Below, one piece after another: positions 1-10,195 of a DNA stretch of 64,000 nucleotides. The stretch is from Gemmatimonadales bacterium (GTDB lineage Bacteria; Gemmatimonadota; Gemmatimonadetes; Gemmatimonadales; GWC2-71-9). The position numbers were made by a program, and so were the translations under genes. The DNA lies in the NCBI GenBank assembly GCA_041615815.1, contig JBFJCP010000014.1, positions 32,001 through 96,000 on the forward strand, written 5' to 3'. The notes beneath the pieces are model-generated. The model saw only the letters and a list, made by a program, of their open reading frames with translations, was not told where the DNA came from and did no database searches. Numbering within the stretch: the stretch's first letter is position 1; every line of letters starts with the position of its first letter.

Positions 1-1010
1 GCGATGTCCCCCTCGACGGGCCGTCCGAGCCGCCGGGCCGCCGCGTCCGGGCGTTCGGAATAGGGGAAGACATGCAGGTAGGTGTACGGCAGTGCCTCCA
101 CGAGATCGCAGGTGGCCTGGTGGTCGGTGCTCGTCTCGCCCGGGAAGCCGACGATGATGTCGGCCCCCAGCCCGAGATGAGGCAGTTCGCCCGCCAGCCA
201 CTCGATGCGATCGCGGTAGGCGGCGGCGGTGTACCAATGGCGTCCCATGCGCTTGAGCACCCGGTCGCTGCCGGACTGGAGTGGCGCGTGCAGGTGTGGC
301 GCCACCCGGTCGGGGCAGGCGATCATCAGCGCCGCGAGGCGCTGACAGACCTCGGTGGCTTCGACCGAGGACAACCGGAACCGGACGCGCGGGACCCGGG
401 CTACCAATTGCTCGACCAGGCTCCCGAGGGTTGAACCGTCATCTCGGTCCGCGCCATACGAGCCGATGTGGACACCGGTGAGTACGAGTTCATCGTGCTC
501 GTCGCTGAGGTACTCCGCCTCCCGCAGAATCGCTGCTTCCGAACGCGAACGGTTGCGACCGCGGGCTACCGTCGTTGCGCAGAAGGTGCAGTGCTCGTCG
601 CATCCATCTTGGATCTTGAGCCACGCGCGGGCGCCGCGCCGGAACGCCTGCAGGACGTCGCTGACCCCGGAGGTGGGAAGGTTCAAGGCCTCGAGCACCG
701 CGTGGGGATCGGCCCCCGTCACGACCCGAGTGACGCCCGGGAGCGCGGCGATCGATCCGTCGTCCACTGCCGCCGCGCATCCCATCACCACCGTCCGGCT
801 CTCGCCGTTGGCCCGGGCGATGCGCCGGACCAGGTTACGCATCTTGGCTTCGCTGACGTGGGTCACGGTGCACGAATTCACAACCGCGCAGTCGGCGCGG
901 GCGGGATCCTCCACCGGTTCGACGCCCACGGCCTCGAGGGCCTGGCGCACGACCTCGGTATCGTACTGGTTGGCCTTGCACCCGAAGGTGTGGAGATACA
1001 CGCGCCTCAC
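1..1010 (-). CDS. mtaB: tRNA ms2t6A methylthiotransferase MtaB (radical SAM), runs off the left edge
   Basis: Absent from the ORF track. Manual translation from GTG 1010 gives MRRVYLHTFGCKANQYDTE...VVNSCTVT and LKIQDGCDEHCTFC (UPF0004 N-terminus plus CxxxCxxC). GTGA overlap with the upstream stop. Confidence 0.88.
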   Translation of the reverse strand, partial: MRRVYLHTFGCKANQYDTEVVRQALEAVGVEPVEDPARADCAVVNSCTVTHVSEAKMRNLVRRIARANGESRTVVMGCAAAVDDGSIAALPGVTRVVTGADPHAVLEALNLPTSGVSDVLQAFRRGARAWLKIQDGCDEHCTFCATTVARGRNRSRSEAAILREAEYLSDEHDELVLTGVHIGSYGADRDDGSTLGSLVEQLVARVPRVRFRLSSVEATEVCQRLAALMIACPDRVAPHLHAPLQSGSDRVLKRMGRHWYTAAAYRDRIEWLAGELPHLGLGADIIVGFPGETSTDHQATCDLVEALPYTYLHVFPYSERPDAAARRLGRPVEGDI

Positions 1011-2143
1011 GGAATCAAGGACAGTCCGAGCGTCAGCTGCCACACGCGCTCCTGGGCACCGGCGCCGTCGCGCAGGATCCGCTCGAGGGTGGCTTCGATG
1101 AGCGCGCGATTGCTCGCAAAGGGATAGGCCGAGCCGACCGTCACGATCCACTCGTGGGGTTGGTCAGCATTGGGACTGAACGGCAGCTGGGCGTAGCGCA
1201 CCCCCAGGCGCAGGGGTATACGGGAGGCGCCGATATCCGGTCCGCCCAACTCGATGCCCGATCCAACCGCCCAGGTATCGAACGACCTCGTTCCTGCCAG
1301 ATCCACGTCGGACCAGTTGCGCCACGTTGCGGTCGCCGACCACCGTAGCGCACGTTGTGGGGCAACCGCCAAACCCACGGTCACCGAGATGGGCAGGTCG
1401 ACGCGGTCCGTCTCGACGGAGTCGATCGTGCGCTTCAGTCGGCCGTCACTGCGGAACGCCAGCCCGATACTGGCGCGCGGTACGAAGGTGTACAACAGCC
1501 CCACCGACAGCCCAGTGCCTTGAAAGGCGGCTTGCGTCGAGTCACGCAGGGCGACGAAGCTGGTGTCCGAGAACTCCCGAGTGGTGGCGAGCCGCGTCGA
1601 GCCAGTGAGGAAGTGGATGGCGCCGCCGACCTGGAGTTGCCGACTGATGCGCCACGCCAACGCCGCCCGGACATCCGACACCCCTCCGTCCGCCGAGATT
1701 CGATCCGCCACCTCCACCGTTTCACCGCGAAGCGTGATGGTGTCGATACTGGTGATGTCGAAGGTCCGGTCCAAATAGGGACCAAAGGATGCGCCGAAGG
1801 AGAGCGGGCTCCGACCGAGCCGACCCGCCACCTGGCCGAACAAGAATCTCGTCTGCCGAAGTCCGTCCACGGACGTGGCGCCGGTCGAGAAGCCGCGGAA
1901 CGACGACGTGGCCGTGGCTTCTACGGTGAGTCGCGGATAGAGACCGATCGTAGCCGGATTCACCGCCGAGCTGCCATCGAACGCAAGGAGGCCCCATCCC
2001 AAAGCCCGCGCGCGCGGTCCCACGGGTTGGCCGGGGAGACCCAGGCCCACGACGCCGTAGAGGGAGGCTTGCCCTGCCAGGGACGTGGGGACCGCAGCGA
2101 GCGTCGCCGCCATCACGGCGAGGACCGCAACACCGCCCCTCAC
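1007..2143 (-). CDS. Putative outer-membrane beta-barrel protein (FadL/PorV-like)
   Basis: Signal peptide ending SLAG-Q; GPRARALG...NPA N-terminal motif; alternating hydrophobic strands; C-terminal WQLTLGLSL strand. Confidence 0.6.
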   Translation of the reverse strand: MRGGVAVLAVMAATLAAVPTSLAGQASLYGVVGLGLPGQPVGPRARALGWGLLAFDGSSAVNPATIGLYPRLTVEATATSSFRGFSTGATSVDGLRQTRFLFGQVAGRLGRSPLSFGASFGPYLDRTFDITSIDTITLRGETVEVADRISADGGVSDVRAALAWRISRQLQVGGAIHFLTGSTRLATTREFSDTSFVALRDSTQAAFQGTGLSVGLLYTFVPRASIGLAFRSDGRLKRTIDSVETDRVDLPISVTVGLAVAPQRALRWSATATWRNWSDVDLAGTRSFDTWAVGSGIELGGPDIGASRIPLRLGVRYAQLPFSPNADQPHEWIVTVGSAYPFASNRALIEATLERILRDGAGAQERVWQLTLGLSLIP

Positions 2144-3330
2144 GGGAGAATCAACGGGACAAAGGTGAGCTGAAGGGCTGGGGGATTCCCACCGCGACTC
2201 GAACCGAAGCGCAGCTCGCCGAGTCCCGACCCTTCCGGCGACACCCGAATGGCGAACGACCGTGGCGCGTCAGGGTCGGTGCGCCACGGTTGCACGATGT
2301 GGGTGATGTCGACGCGAACAGTGTCCGACGTTCCCACCGCGACCCGGGTCGACCCAATGTCGGTGAGGAGCGGCACGATGGGGGACTTGGGACCGAAGTC
2401 GGCCGCCAGGATCTCGGCACGAAGGGAGAACGTATCGCGCGGCGCGCCGAGGGCCGGCTCGGACGGAACCAGGATCAGCGTGGCCCGTACGATTTCGGTG
2501 GAGTCGATGATCGAGGACGGCAGATCCACGCGAAGGATGGACCGAGCGGACGGCACCCCGCCGGCGAACAAGACATCCGCAGGCGGCGCCGTCAGACCCG
2601 TGAACACGAAACTATTGAAGACCGGCTGTTTGGCATCTTGGCGGGCGAGTGTATCCGCCCCGGCCGAATCGACCTGGACGAACCGCGTGAGGATGGGTGG
2701 GCTACTCGCCGCCAGCGTCCCGAGGTTGACGAAGCCACTGGCGGGAGCTTCCAGGGCGATCCCGATGGCGACCTCCCGCTCGTCCATCTCGAATGCCGGG
2801 AACGCATCGCTCGGCAGCACGATCTGCATCGCGCCTTGGTTTTCCAGGGTGTCCGGGATCTCGGCAGTGACGATCCGTGTGCTATCGTCGAAGAATGGGT
2901 CCAGTTCGGCGAACGTGGTCGCCGAGTCCACCGTGCGCGGGATCCGGTGGAGCGCGAGCTGGACACCCGCGGAGTCGGACCGACGGGCGATGATCAGCTG
3001 GACCCGAAACGAATCCACCGCCACGATCTCGCTGCCGATCGTATCGCCGGTCACCAACACGATTCGCTCGCTGAACGGACTGAAGCGGACAATGGCCCGA
3101 CTCAGCAGTCCCTGGCCGTCCGCCGCGGCTTGCAGCACGCGCGCCCGATGGGGACTCACGTATCCCCGAAACGCGCTGTCTCGGGCAATGCTCCCCTCGA
3201 TCACCGTGTCGACCACGGTGATGAGAGTCGATGGGCAGAAGTCAGGACAACTGCCGGGCGCCGTGAGACGCTCCTGACATCCCCAGATCGCGAGCAGGGC
3301 CAGACTATGCCAGGCGAGTCGTCGTCCCAT
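2140..3330 (-). CDS. Hypothetical lipoprotein
   Basis: Lipobox LAIWG-C near the N-terminus; overlaps both neighbours in operon fashion; no recognised catalytic motif. Confidence 0.6.
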   Translation of the reverse strand: MGRRLAWHSLALLAIWGCQERLTAPGSCPDFCPSTLITVVDTVIEGSIARDSAFRGYVSPHRARVLQAAADGQGLLSRAIVRFSPFSERIVLVTGDTIGSEIVAVDSFRVQLIIARRSDSAGVQLALHRIPRTVDSATTFAELDPFFDDSTRIVTAEIPDTLENQGAMQIVLPSDAFPAFEMDEREVAIGIALEAPASGFVNLGTLAASSPPILTRFVQVDSAGADTLARQDAKQPVFNSFVFTGLTAPPADVLFAGGVPSARSILRVDLPSSIIDSTEIVRATLILVPSEPALGAPRDTFSLRAEILAADFGPKSPIVPLLTDIGSTRVAVGTSDTVRVDITHIVQPWRTDPDAPRSFAIRVSPEGSGLGELRFGSSRGGNPPALQLTFVPLILP

Positions 3331-3592
3331 GGGCCTCGAACGAGTCCAAGATGGCCATGATCACCGCGTCAACCGGCCGGTCGCGCGTCAGCGTGGTCTG
3401 CCGTGCCGAGGAGCCGGAGGCATACAGCACCACTTCCTGGGCCCCTGCCCCGACGGCGTCGACGGCAATCACATACCCGCCGTCGGGCTCGAGATCGGGA
3501 TTCAAGTTTTCGACCACGAGGAACTTGACTCCCTCGAGGGATGGATCCTTGCGTGTCGCAACGACGGTCCCAACGACTCTGCCCATCCTCAT
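3305..3592 (-). CDS. eutN: EutN/CcmL-family microcompartment vertex (BMC-P) protein
   Basis: [27 protein letters not shown]...[10 protein letters not shown]...GSSAR...[11 protein letters not shown], the typical BMC-P signature. Confidence 0.88.
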   Translation of the reverse strand: MRMGRVVGTVVATRKDPSLEGVKFLVVENLNPDLEPDGGYVIAVDAVGAGAQEVVLYASGSSARQTTLTRDRPVDAVIMAILDSFEAHGTTTRLA

Positions 3593-3978
3593 GTGGCGAG
3601 ATCCTCCCGGCCGAAGCTGTCCGGCAGTAGGTCACCCAACCGCCAGCGCTGCGCGCCGTCTGGTCCAATCGATTCGACCATTAGGTCTTCTCCGAATTCG
3701 GCCAGCACCTGACGGCAGGCACCGCAGGGGGCCACGGGACCCGCGCGCTCCGTCGTCACGACGAGCCGCATGAACCGTCGGGCGCCAGCGGTCGTGGCAG
3801 CGCCCACCGCCACCCGTTCCGCACAATTGGTCAATCCGTAGGACGCATTCTCCACGTTGGAGCCGTGAAAGATGCGGCCGTCCTCCGTCTCCAGGGCCGC
3901 CCCAACGCGGTACCCGCTGTACGGGGCATACGCGTTCTCCATCGCGGCCCGGGCCGCCCGAATCAGTGGATCATCCAT
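3589..3978 (-). CDS. cdd: Cytidine deaminase (homotetrameric type)
   Basis: [25 protein letters not shown] and PCGACRQ zinc motifs; start placed at ATG 3978. Confidence 0.93.
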   Translation of the reverse strand: MDDPLIRAARAAMENAYAPYSGYRVGAALETEDGRIFHGSNVENASYGLTNCAERVAVGAATTAGARRFMRLVVTTERAGPVAPCGACRQVLAEFGEDLMVESIGPDGAQRWRLGDLLPDSFGREDLAT

Positions 3979-5141
3979 GGCGCCACGCTCGGCAGAAACG
4001 AGGTCCCCACGTCCAGCGACGTTCCAAAGAATTCCGCGACGGTGGCGCCGATATCGGCAAACGTCGCGCGCGTCCCCAGGGCGACCGCCGGCACCCCCGG
4101 CCCCACCACGAGCACGGGCACCGCTTCTCGCGAGTGATCCGTGGACGGCGTGGTGGGATCGTTGCCGTGGTCGGCGGTGAGGATCATCAGATCCCCTTCG
4201 CGGAGCAACCCCACCAGCCGCGGCAACTCGCGGTCCAGTTCGGCTAGCCCCCTGTAGAACCCCGGTGGGTCGTTGCGGTGCCCCCACGTTTGGTCAAACT
4301 CGATCACGTTCACGAAGAGGAGCCCCTCCGTCATAGTCTCAAGCGCCTCCGCGATCAGCGCATACGCGTCCTGGTTGGTGGGTGTATGCGTACTCGTGAT
4401 GTTCCGGGCCGCAAAGAGATCGTCGACCTTGCCGACACCCACGCGTGGGATCCCCGCGCTCGCCAGCCGGTCCAGGAGGTTGTCCCGTGGTGGCTCCAGC
4501 GAGAAATCGCGGCGGTGGGGCGTTCGGCGAAACGCACCCGGCTCGCCCACAAACGGACGCGCGATCACTCGTGAAACGGCATCATCGCCGGTCAGAATCT
4601 CATCCCGTGCCGTTTGGCACGCCGCGTACAGCTCCTCCAGCGGCACGATGTCTTCATGCGCCGCCACCTGAAAGACGCTGTCGGCCGAGGTGTAGACGAT
4701 CCAGTCCCCACGGTCCAGATGCTCCCGGCCAAACTCTTCGATGATCACGGTGCCGGAGGCCGCCTTGTTTCCCACGACACCCCGGCCGGTCCGATCCGCA
4801 AACGCCGCGATCACCCTGTGCGGGAACCCCACGGGGTACGTGGGAAACGGTACACGGAGGAGGACCCCGCACAGTTCCCAATGGCCGGTGGTGCTGTCCT
4901 TCCCCGGCGACTTGGGGATGGCGATGCCGTGCGCGGCGCGCGGATCGTCACACGCCATTCCCTTGAGGGGGCGACAGCACCCGAGACCGAGCGACTCAAG
5001 ATAGGGCAGCTCGAAGCCTCCCACGGCATCGGCGACGTTGCCGAGCGTGTTACTGCCGTCGTCACCGAACGCCGCCGTGTCCGGCGCGGTGCCGATGCCA
5101 AGCCCGTCCAATACGATGAGGGCGCAGCGTCCGCGCGTCAC
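3963..5141 (-). CDS. deoB: Phosphopentomutase
   Basis: [57 protein letters not shown] 5141 overlaps the alr stop. Confidence 0.95.
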   Translation of the reverse strand: MTRGRCALIVLDGLGIGTAPDTAAFGDDGSNTLGNVADAVGGFELPYLESLGLGCCRPLKGMACDDPRAAHGIAIPKSPGKDSTTGHWELCGVLLRVPFPTYPVGFPHRVIAAFADRTGRGVVGNKAASGTVIIEEFGREHLDRGDWIVYTSADSVFQVAAHEDIVPLEELYAACQTARDEILTGDDAVSRVIARPFVGEPGAFRRTPHRRDFSLEPPRDNLLDRLASAGIPRVGVGKVDDLFAARNITSTHTPTNQDAYALIAEALETMTEGLLFVNVIEFDQTWGHRNDPPGFYRGLAELDRELPRLVGLLREGDLMILTADHGNDPTTPSTDHSREAVPVLVVGPGVPAVALGTRATFADIGATVAEFFGTSLDVGTSFLPSVAPWMIH

Positions 5142-6214
5142 GCCGTGATGTACTCGCGGGGGAGTCGTGCGCCGAGCCGGGACAGAATCTCGTAGGAGAT
5201 GGTTCCGGCCCATCCGGCGAATTCATCCAGGGTGATTTCCACGGTTCCATCAGTGCCGATCAGGGTCGCCGCGTCCCCCACACGCACCTGGGTCTCCTCG
5301 TTTTCCAGATCGACCACGATGAAATCCATGGTCACGCGTCCCACCACTGGGCGCCGACAGCCTCCGACCAGCACTTGGGCACGGCGTTGCACGGACCGTG
5401 GGACCCCGTCGGCGTATCCGATCCCGAGCGTGGCCACCGTGGTCGGACGTGGCGCCGACCACTCCCCGCCATAACTGACGGTGGCGCCTGCCGGTAGCCG
5501 GCGGAGGCTGACCACGGTGGCACGCACCGCGGCCACGGGCAGCGGTGCTGGCAAGTCCGGCCCCGCGCGTCCACCGTAGAGAAAGATACCGGGACGCGCC
5601 AAGTCGAGACGCTCATCCAGGCGAAACGCGCCGGCGCTGTTGGCCGCGTGGACCAGGGCGGGTCGACGACCCAAATGCGCCACGGCCTCCTCGAACCGTG
5701 TCCACTGCTCCCGCACGGTCTCGGGCCGGGTATCGGCGGCGTAGAAATGAGTGAACGCACCCTCGAGATGGGGGGTGGCACAGGCGGCAATGGCCTCCGC
5801 GTCGTCCCAGCGGATTCCGCACCGTCCCATGCCGGTGTCGATCTCTAGATGAAACGGACCGTCCCACGCCGCTGCCACGGTGGGATCGTCCAACACCGCT
5901 CGGAGGTCGTGCCGGGCAAAGGCTGTCCGTTCAGCGAGACGTGCCGGCGTAAAAACGAGAATGGGCCGGCGAATGCCGGCCTCGCGGAGTTCGGCGCCTT
6001 CGGAAACCGTAGCGACTCCCAGCCCCCACGGCTCCAATTCCTCGAGCGTCCGCACCACGGGCACCGCCCCGAGCCCGTATCCATCGGCCTTGACCATGGG
6101 CAAGAGCCGCGCGCCCCCCGCCGCCGCCTGCACGGTGTGCGCGTTGGCGCGCAGGTTGGCCAAGTGGACCTCCACCCACGCTCTACTGGTCTCGCGGAGC
6201 GTTGACACAGTCAC
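5138..6214 (-). CDS. alr: Alanine racemase
   Basis: MVKADGYG PLP-lysine motif, IDTGMGRCG, VSYGG, IGYADG, VGRVTMD, GTISYE. Start GTG 6214 or 6208. Confidence 0.95.
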   Translation of the reverse strand: MTVSTLRETSRAWVEVHLANLRANAHTVQAAAGGARLLPMVKADGYGLGAVPVVRTLEELEPWGLGVATVSEGAELREAGIRRPILVFTPARLAERTAFARHDLRAVLDDPTVAAAWDGPFHLEIDTGMGRCGIRWDDAEAIAACATPHLEGAFTHFYAADTRPETVREQWTRFEEAVAHLGRRPALVHAANSAGAFRLDERLDLARPGIFLYGGRAGPDLPAPLPVAAVRATVVSLRRLPAGATVSYGGEWSAPRPTTVATLGIGYADGVPRSVQRRAQVLVGGCRRPVVGRVTMDFIVVDLENEETQVRVGDAATLIGTDGTVEITLDEFAGWAGTISYEILSRLGARLPREYITA

Positions 6215-6231
6215 AAGGAACCCGGTATTGT
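6202..6231 (+). promoter_or_regulatory. Putative sigma70 promoter for mazG
   Basis: TTGACA (6202-6207), 18 nt, TATTGT (6226-6231); in-frame GTG at 6241. Confidence 0.5.
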
Positions 6232-6255
6232 ACCGGCGCCGTGACGCAAATGCAA
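6227..6255 (-). promoter_or_regulatory. Putative sigma70 promoter for the alr-deoB-cdd operon
   Basis: Minus strand TTGCAT (6255-6250), 17 nt, TACAAT (6232-6227). Confidence 0.5.
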
Positions 6256-7059
6256 GAACCATCGGCGCTTGGACGCATCGTCAAACTCGTGCGCGACCTC
6301 CGGAATCGTTGCCCGTGGGATGCCGCACAGACGCCGGCGACGCTCCGACCCTATCTGGTCGAGGAGGCACTCGAGCTGGATCGGGCCCTTGCCTCCGGGG
6401 ACGCTCGCGCCATCCGGGACGAGTTGGGGGACGTCTTGCTCCACGTCGCCTTCCAGATCGTGCTGGGGGAAGAGATGGGCGCGTTTGGCGCGGAGGACGT
6501 CACCCGCGCCGTCGAGAGCAAGATGCACCGCCGTCATCCACATCTGTATGGAGAGCGGGGGGCGCAGAGCGAGGACCGGGTCGTGGAAAACACGGAGCGA
6601 CACCGTGGGCCCGGCGAGACTGCCGAAGCGCGGTGGGAGCGGTCCAAGGCCGACGAAGGCGAGGGCTCCAGCGTCCTCGACGGCCTTCCACCCAACCTCC
6701 CCGCCCTCATCATGGCGTTCCGGCTGCAGGAGCGGGCTGCGGGGGTGGGGTTCGATTGGCCCGACGCGGCCGGACCGCTGCACAAAGTTCGCGAGGAGCT
6801 ACACGAGCTCGAGCGCGAGATCGCTGCCGGTGCGGCATCACGAATCGACGATGAGCTCGGCGATCTGCTGTTCTCCGTGGTGAACCTCGCTCGCAAATTG
6901 GGTTGCGATGGACGAGCCGCTCTCGAACGCGCCAACCAACGCTTTCGCGATCGCTTTGCCCAGGTCGAGCGCTTGGCAGCAGAAAGGGGAATCGACGTCC
7001 ATCGCGCCGGGCTCGAGGTATTGGATGGGCTGTGGGAAGAAACAAAGAGTGAGGCGTGA
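6241..7059 (+). CDS. mazG: Nucleoside triphosphate pyrophosphohydrolase MazG
   Basis: CPWDAAQT, YLVEEALE, ELGDVLLH, RRHPH, GFDW, KVREE, ELGDLLFSVVN. Start GTG 6241 or ATG 6250. Confidence 0.93.
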   Translation: MTQMQEPSALGRIVKLVRDLRNRCPWDAAQTPATLRPYLVEEALELDRALASGDARAIRDELGDVLLHVAFQIVLGEEMGAFGAEDVTRAVESKMHRRHPHLYGERGAQSEDRVVENTERHRGPGETAEARWERSKADEGEGSSVLDGLPPNLPALIMAFRLQERAAGVGFDWPDAAGPLHKVREELHELEREIAAGAASRIDDELGDLLFSVVNLARKLGCDGRAALERANQRFRDRFAQVERLAAERGIDVHRAGLEVLDGLWEETKSEA

Positions 7060-7193
7060 GACGGCGGGAAGGCAGAGGGCCGAGGGCAGTGACCGAATGC
7101 TCCGTGGCCATCGCCGCGTGCTGGGTCGATTCCACAACGCACCTTCGCGCGTCATTCTGCTACGGTATTCGCTACTCTGCTATCGCGACTCTC

Positions 7194-8492
7194 TTACGGA
7201 TACAGTTTGTACATCATCCGGGGGAAGGCGATCGTCTCCCGAATGTGGGGAATGCCGCAGATCCATGCCACGGTTCGTTCGACGCCGAGCCCGAACCCTG
7301 AGTGCACGAACGTCCCGTATCGTCTCAGGTCCAGATACCACTGGTAGGGCTCCTCCGGGAGGCCGAACTCCCGGATCCGTGTTTGCAGGCGGTCATGATC
7401 GTCCTCCCGTTGACTGCCGCCGATGATCTCGCCGTAGCCTTCCGGGGCTAGACAGTCGTTGTTCAGCACGGTGCGTGGGTCGTCGGGATTTTCCTTCATG
7501 TAGAAGGCCTTCACGTCCCGAGGATAGTTATAGACAAAGACGGGACGATCGAACGCCTTGGCTAGCATCGTCTCGTCGTCGCCCCCCAGGTCTTTTCCCC
7601 ATCGCGTATCCGCGCCCAGCGATTCGAGCTTCGCAATGGCCTCGGTGTACGAGATACGCGGAAACGGTGGAGTGACGCGTTCGAGCGGCGTCGTATCCCG
7701 CTCCAGGATCGCGAGCTCTGCCGCTCGACGGTCGAGCGCGCGCCCGACCACATACGAGACGAACTCCTCCTGAAGACGCATATTGTCGTCAGAGTCGAGC
7801 CAGGCGACCTCGGGTTCCACCATCCAGAACTCGCTCAAATGGCGGCGCGTCTTGGATTTTTCGGCACGGAAGGTGGGCCCAAAACAGTAGACCCGCCCCA
7901 GAGCGGCCGCCGCGGCTTCCAGGTAGAGTTGTCCGGTTTGGGCGAGGTACGCCTTGCCGAGATCGAAGTATTCGGTCTCGAACAGCGTGCCTGCCGATTC
8001 GCCGATGGCGCCCGTGAGGAGCGGAGTGTCGACCAGCACGAAATCGCGCTCGTAGAAGAAATCGCGAATGGCCTGCACCACCTCATGACGAATGCGCATA
8101 ATCGCCGTCTGCCGCGAGCTGCGCAGCCAGAGGTGCCGGTGCTCGAACAGGAAGGCGGTACCGTGTTCTTTGGGCGAGATGGGAAAGTCCACGCTGGGGC
8201 CCAGGAGCTCGATCTCCGTGACGCCCAACTCGACGCCTCCCGGCGAGCGAGGATCGTCTCGCACTTGCCCGCGCACCAGCACCGAGCACTCGTGCGTGAG
8301 TCCACGGAACGCATCCCACACCTGAGGGGAGACTTCTTTCTTCGCCAGCACCCCTTGTACGGTCCCGCTCCCGTCTCGCAACACGAGGAATGCGATCTTT
8401 CCACTCGACCTCGTGGTGGCCACCCAGCCTCGTACGGTGACCTCGCTTCCCACATGAGCGGGAAGTTCGCTGATGCGCGCTCCGTCTTTCAT
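7194..8492 (-). CDS. asnS: Asparagine--tRNA ligase
   Basis: OB-fold start VRGWV..RSSGKIAFLVLRDGSG, FRAEKSKTRRHLSEFWMVEPE, GEIIGGSQRE, HSGFGLGVER; start ATG 8492. Confidence 0.96.
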   Translation of the reverse strand: MKDGARISELPAHVGSEVTVRGWVATTRSSGKIAFLVLRDGSGTVQGVLAKKEVSPQVWDAFRGLTHECSVLVRGQVRDDPRSPGGVELGVTEIELLGPSVDFPISPKEHGTAFLFEHRHLWLRSSRQTAIMRIRHEVVQAIRDFFYERDFVLVDTPLLTGAIGESAGTLFETEYFDLGKAYLAQTGQLYLEAAAAALGRVYCFGPTFRAEKSKTRRHLSEFWMVEPEVAWLDSDDNMRLQEEFVSYVVGRALDRRAAELAILERDTTPLERVTPPFPRISYTEAIAKLESLGADTRWGKDLGGDDETMLAKAFDRPVFVYNYPRDVKAFYMKENPDDPRTVLNNDCLAPEGYGEIIGGSQREDDHDRLQTRIREFGLPEEPYQWYLDLRRYGTFVHSGFGLGVERTVAWICGIPHIRETIAFPRMMYKLYP

Positions 8493-9599
8493 TGGGCGGG
8501 AATCGTAGCGGCGGCCGTTTTGGGTGTCAACGCGGTTGGCTGCGCCGCCGGGGTCACCGCTGCACCGGAGCAGGACGCCGGTCACTGGGTCACATACCTC
8601 GGGGCGCCGTCGCGCGCTCCGTCCGCAAATGAGACGATAGCCCGAGAGCCACGCCTGGTGTGGACGGTGCGAACGGGCAAAGCGCCCGCTGGCGCGCTCG
8701 CGCTCGGCGACAGCGTGGTCGTGGTACAGTCTTCCGATCGACACCTCATGGTGTACCGGCGGGAGACTGGCCAACGAGTGTGGCGCCGGAAGCTCCACGG
8801 TCGCGGTGCCACGGGTCCGTTGGTCGTCGAGGGGCGAGTATACGGCGCGAGCGGTGACGAACGAGGGCGCGTGCATGCGTACGCGCTGCGCTCGGGCGAG
8901 CGGATCTGGTCACGGGAGATGGGACCGATCGTGGATCCCATGGCCGTCTATGGAGCGAACCTGTACGCGGCCACGCGCACGGGCGATGTGGTTGCCTTGT
9001 CCCGCTCAGGCGGCGACGTGGTCTGGCAACGGCGGGTGAGTACCCGCCTCTCGGTGGGTGTGACCGCGCTGGGCCCGTACGTCCTGGTGGCCGCGGAGGA
9101 CTCACTCCATCTCCTTCGGCGCGAGCGGGGACAGCCGGTGGTCAGCAGGGCAACACCCGGCACCGCGATCGCGGCGCCAGCGGTGGCGGGCGATACCCTG
9201 ATCTTCGCGTCGCCCATGGGATTCGTCACTGGCCTGGACGTCCACTCGCTTCGAACCCTGTGGCAGGTCGACGTACAGGACCCGGTCTATGGCAGCCCCA
9301 CCGTGGCCAGGGACACGGTGTTCGCGGTCACGGCCCGTGGGACGCTGTGGGCCATACCCGTCCGGCGTCCCCTGGAAGGGCAGGCGCTCGAACTCACGTC
9401 ACCCGTGCGGGCACCGCCTGCGCCGGTGACCGCTGGCGTGCTCGTCGTCACATTACGCGGAGAGATCATGCACGTCGTGGAGAGTAACATTCCCAAGTGG
9501 CGAACACGCGTCGAAGCACCGGTGGAACAAGCACCGGTGGTGGACGGCAGCATGCTGTTCGTGGTGGACGGGCGTGGGGAGATGCACGCATGGCGGTGA
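8454..9599 (+). CDS. PQQ-like/BamB-like beta-propeller, probable lipoprotein (start uncertain)
   Basis: Repeated blade motifs (ETGQRVWRR, RSGERIWSR, SGGDVVWQR, SLRTLWQV); possible lipobox NAVG-C. The ORF portion upstream of ~8454 is antisense to asnS. Confidence 0.7.
   Translation: MSGKFADARSVFHWAGIVAAAVLGVNAVGCAAGVTAAPEQDAGHWVTYLGAPSRAPSANETIAREPRLVWTVRTGKAPAGALALGDSVVVVQSSDRHLMVYRRETGQRVWRRKLHGRGATGPLVVEGRVYGASGDERGRVHAYALRSGERIWSREMGPIVDPMAVYGANLYAATRTGDVVALSRSGGDVVWQRRVSTRLSVGVTALGPYVLVAAEDSLHLLRRERGQPVVSRATPGTAIAAPAVAGDTLIFASPMGFVTGLDVHSLRTLWQVDVQDPVYGSPTVARDTVFAVTARGTLWAIPVRRPLEGQALELTSPVRAPPAPVTAGVLVVTLRGEIMHVVESNIPKWRTRVEAPVEQAPVVDGSMLFVVDGRGEMHAWR
8502..8530 (-). promoter_or_regulatory. 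Putative sigma70 promoter for asnS
   Basis: Consensus TTGACA (8530-8525), 17 nt, TACGAT (8507-8502); 9 nt to the ATG. Confidence 0.65.
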
Positions 9600-10144
9600 A
9601 TCAGGAGGATCGCGGAGCGGGGGGCGGGAAGGCGCAGCGCCGGAAACCGATCCCTGGAAAATGGATGGTGGTCCTCGCAGGCGTGTTCCTCACACCGCCG
9701 ACGGCGGCGGCACAGGAAGCGGTCCCTGCTGTGCGATCGCGGCCGTGGCTCGTCACAGCGGCGCACTACGGCCGATGGGGCGCCCTCGCCAGCGCGGCAG
9801 GGCTCATCGCGTTTTCCGTAGTGCGGCGGGGCGACGCCCAGGAGGCCTTGGACCGGTTGGAGACGTTCTGCCTGGCCGATGTCACCCGCTGTGCATTGGT
9901 CTCCGGTTCTGGCGGCGAGGAACGCTACATCGACGGGCTCGCTGAGGATTTATTCCGCCAACATGTCCGGCGGGATCGCCAGGCACAGGGGTTGTTGATC
10001 GGCGGACAGGCGGCTCTACTCGTAACTGGTGGACTCTTTTTGATCGATCTGCTCTGGGACGACGAGCGGCCAGCCAACATTCCCTACACGCCGTTCGACG
10101 TGCACGCCGGCGTTGGGTGGGTCGGATTGGCGATCCCGTTCTGA
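9590..10144 (+). CDS. Hypothetical exported/membrane protein
   Basis: Signal-like segment ending AAA-Q, two hydrophobic helices, C-terminal Phe; overlaps the propeller stop. Confidence 0.55.
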   Translation: MAVNQEDRGAGGGKAQRRKPIPGKWMVVLAGVFLTPPTAAAQEAVPAVRSRPWLVTAAHYGRWGALASAAGLIAFSVVRRGDAQEALDRLETFCLADVTRCALVSGSGGEERYIDGLAEDLFRQHVRRDRQAQGLLIGGQAALLVTGGLFLIDLLWDDERPANIPYTPFDVHAGVGWVGLAIPF

Positions 10145-10195
10145 GCGCCGACTCCAAGCAGACCTCGCCTGCGTACCGGTACAGCACGGCGTGGA

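Noticed and set aside
72..1127. Plus-strand ORFs 72-434, 355-1101 and 468-1127
   Set aside because: Antisense shadows of mtaB, which the track missed because it runs off the window.
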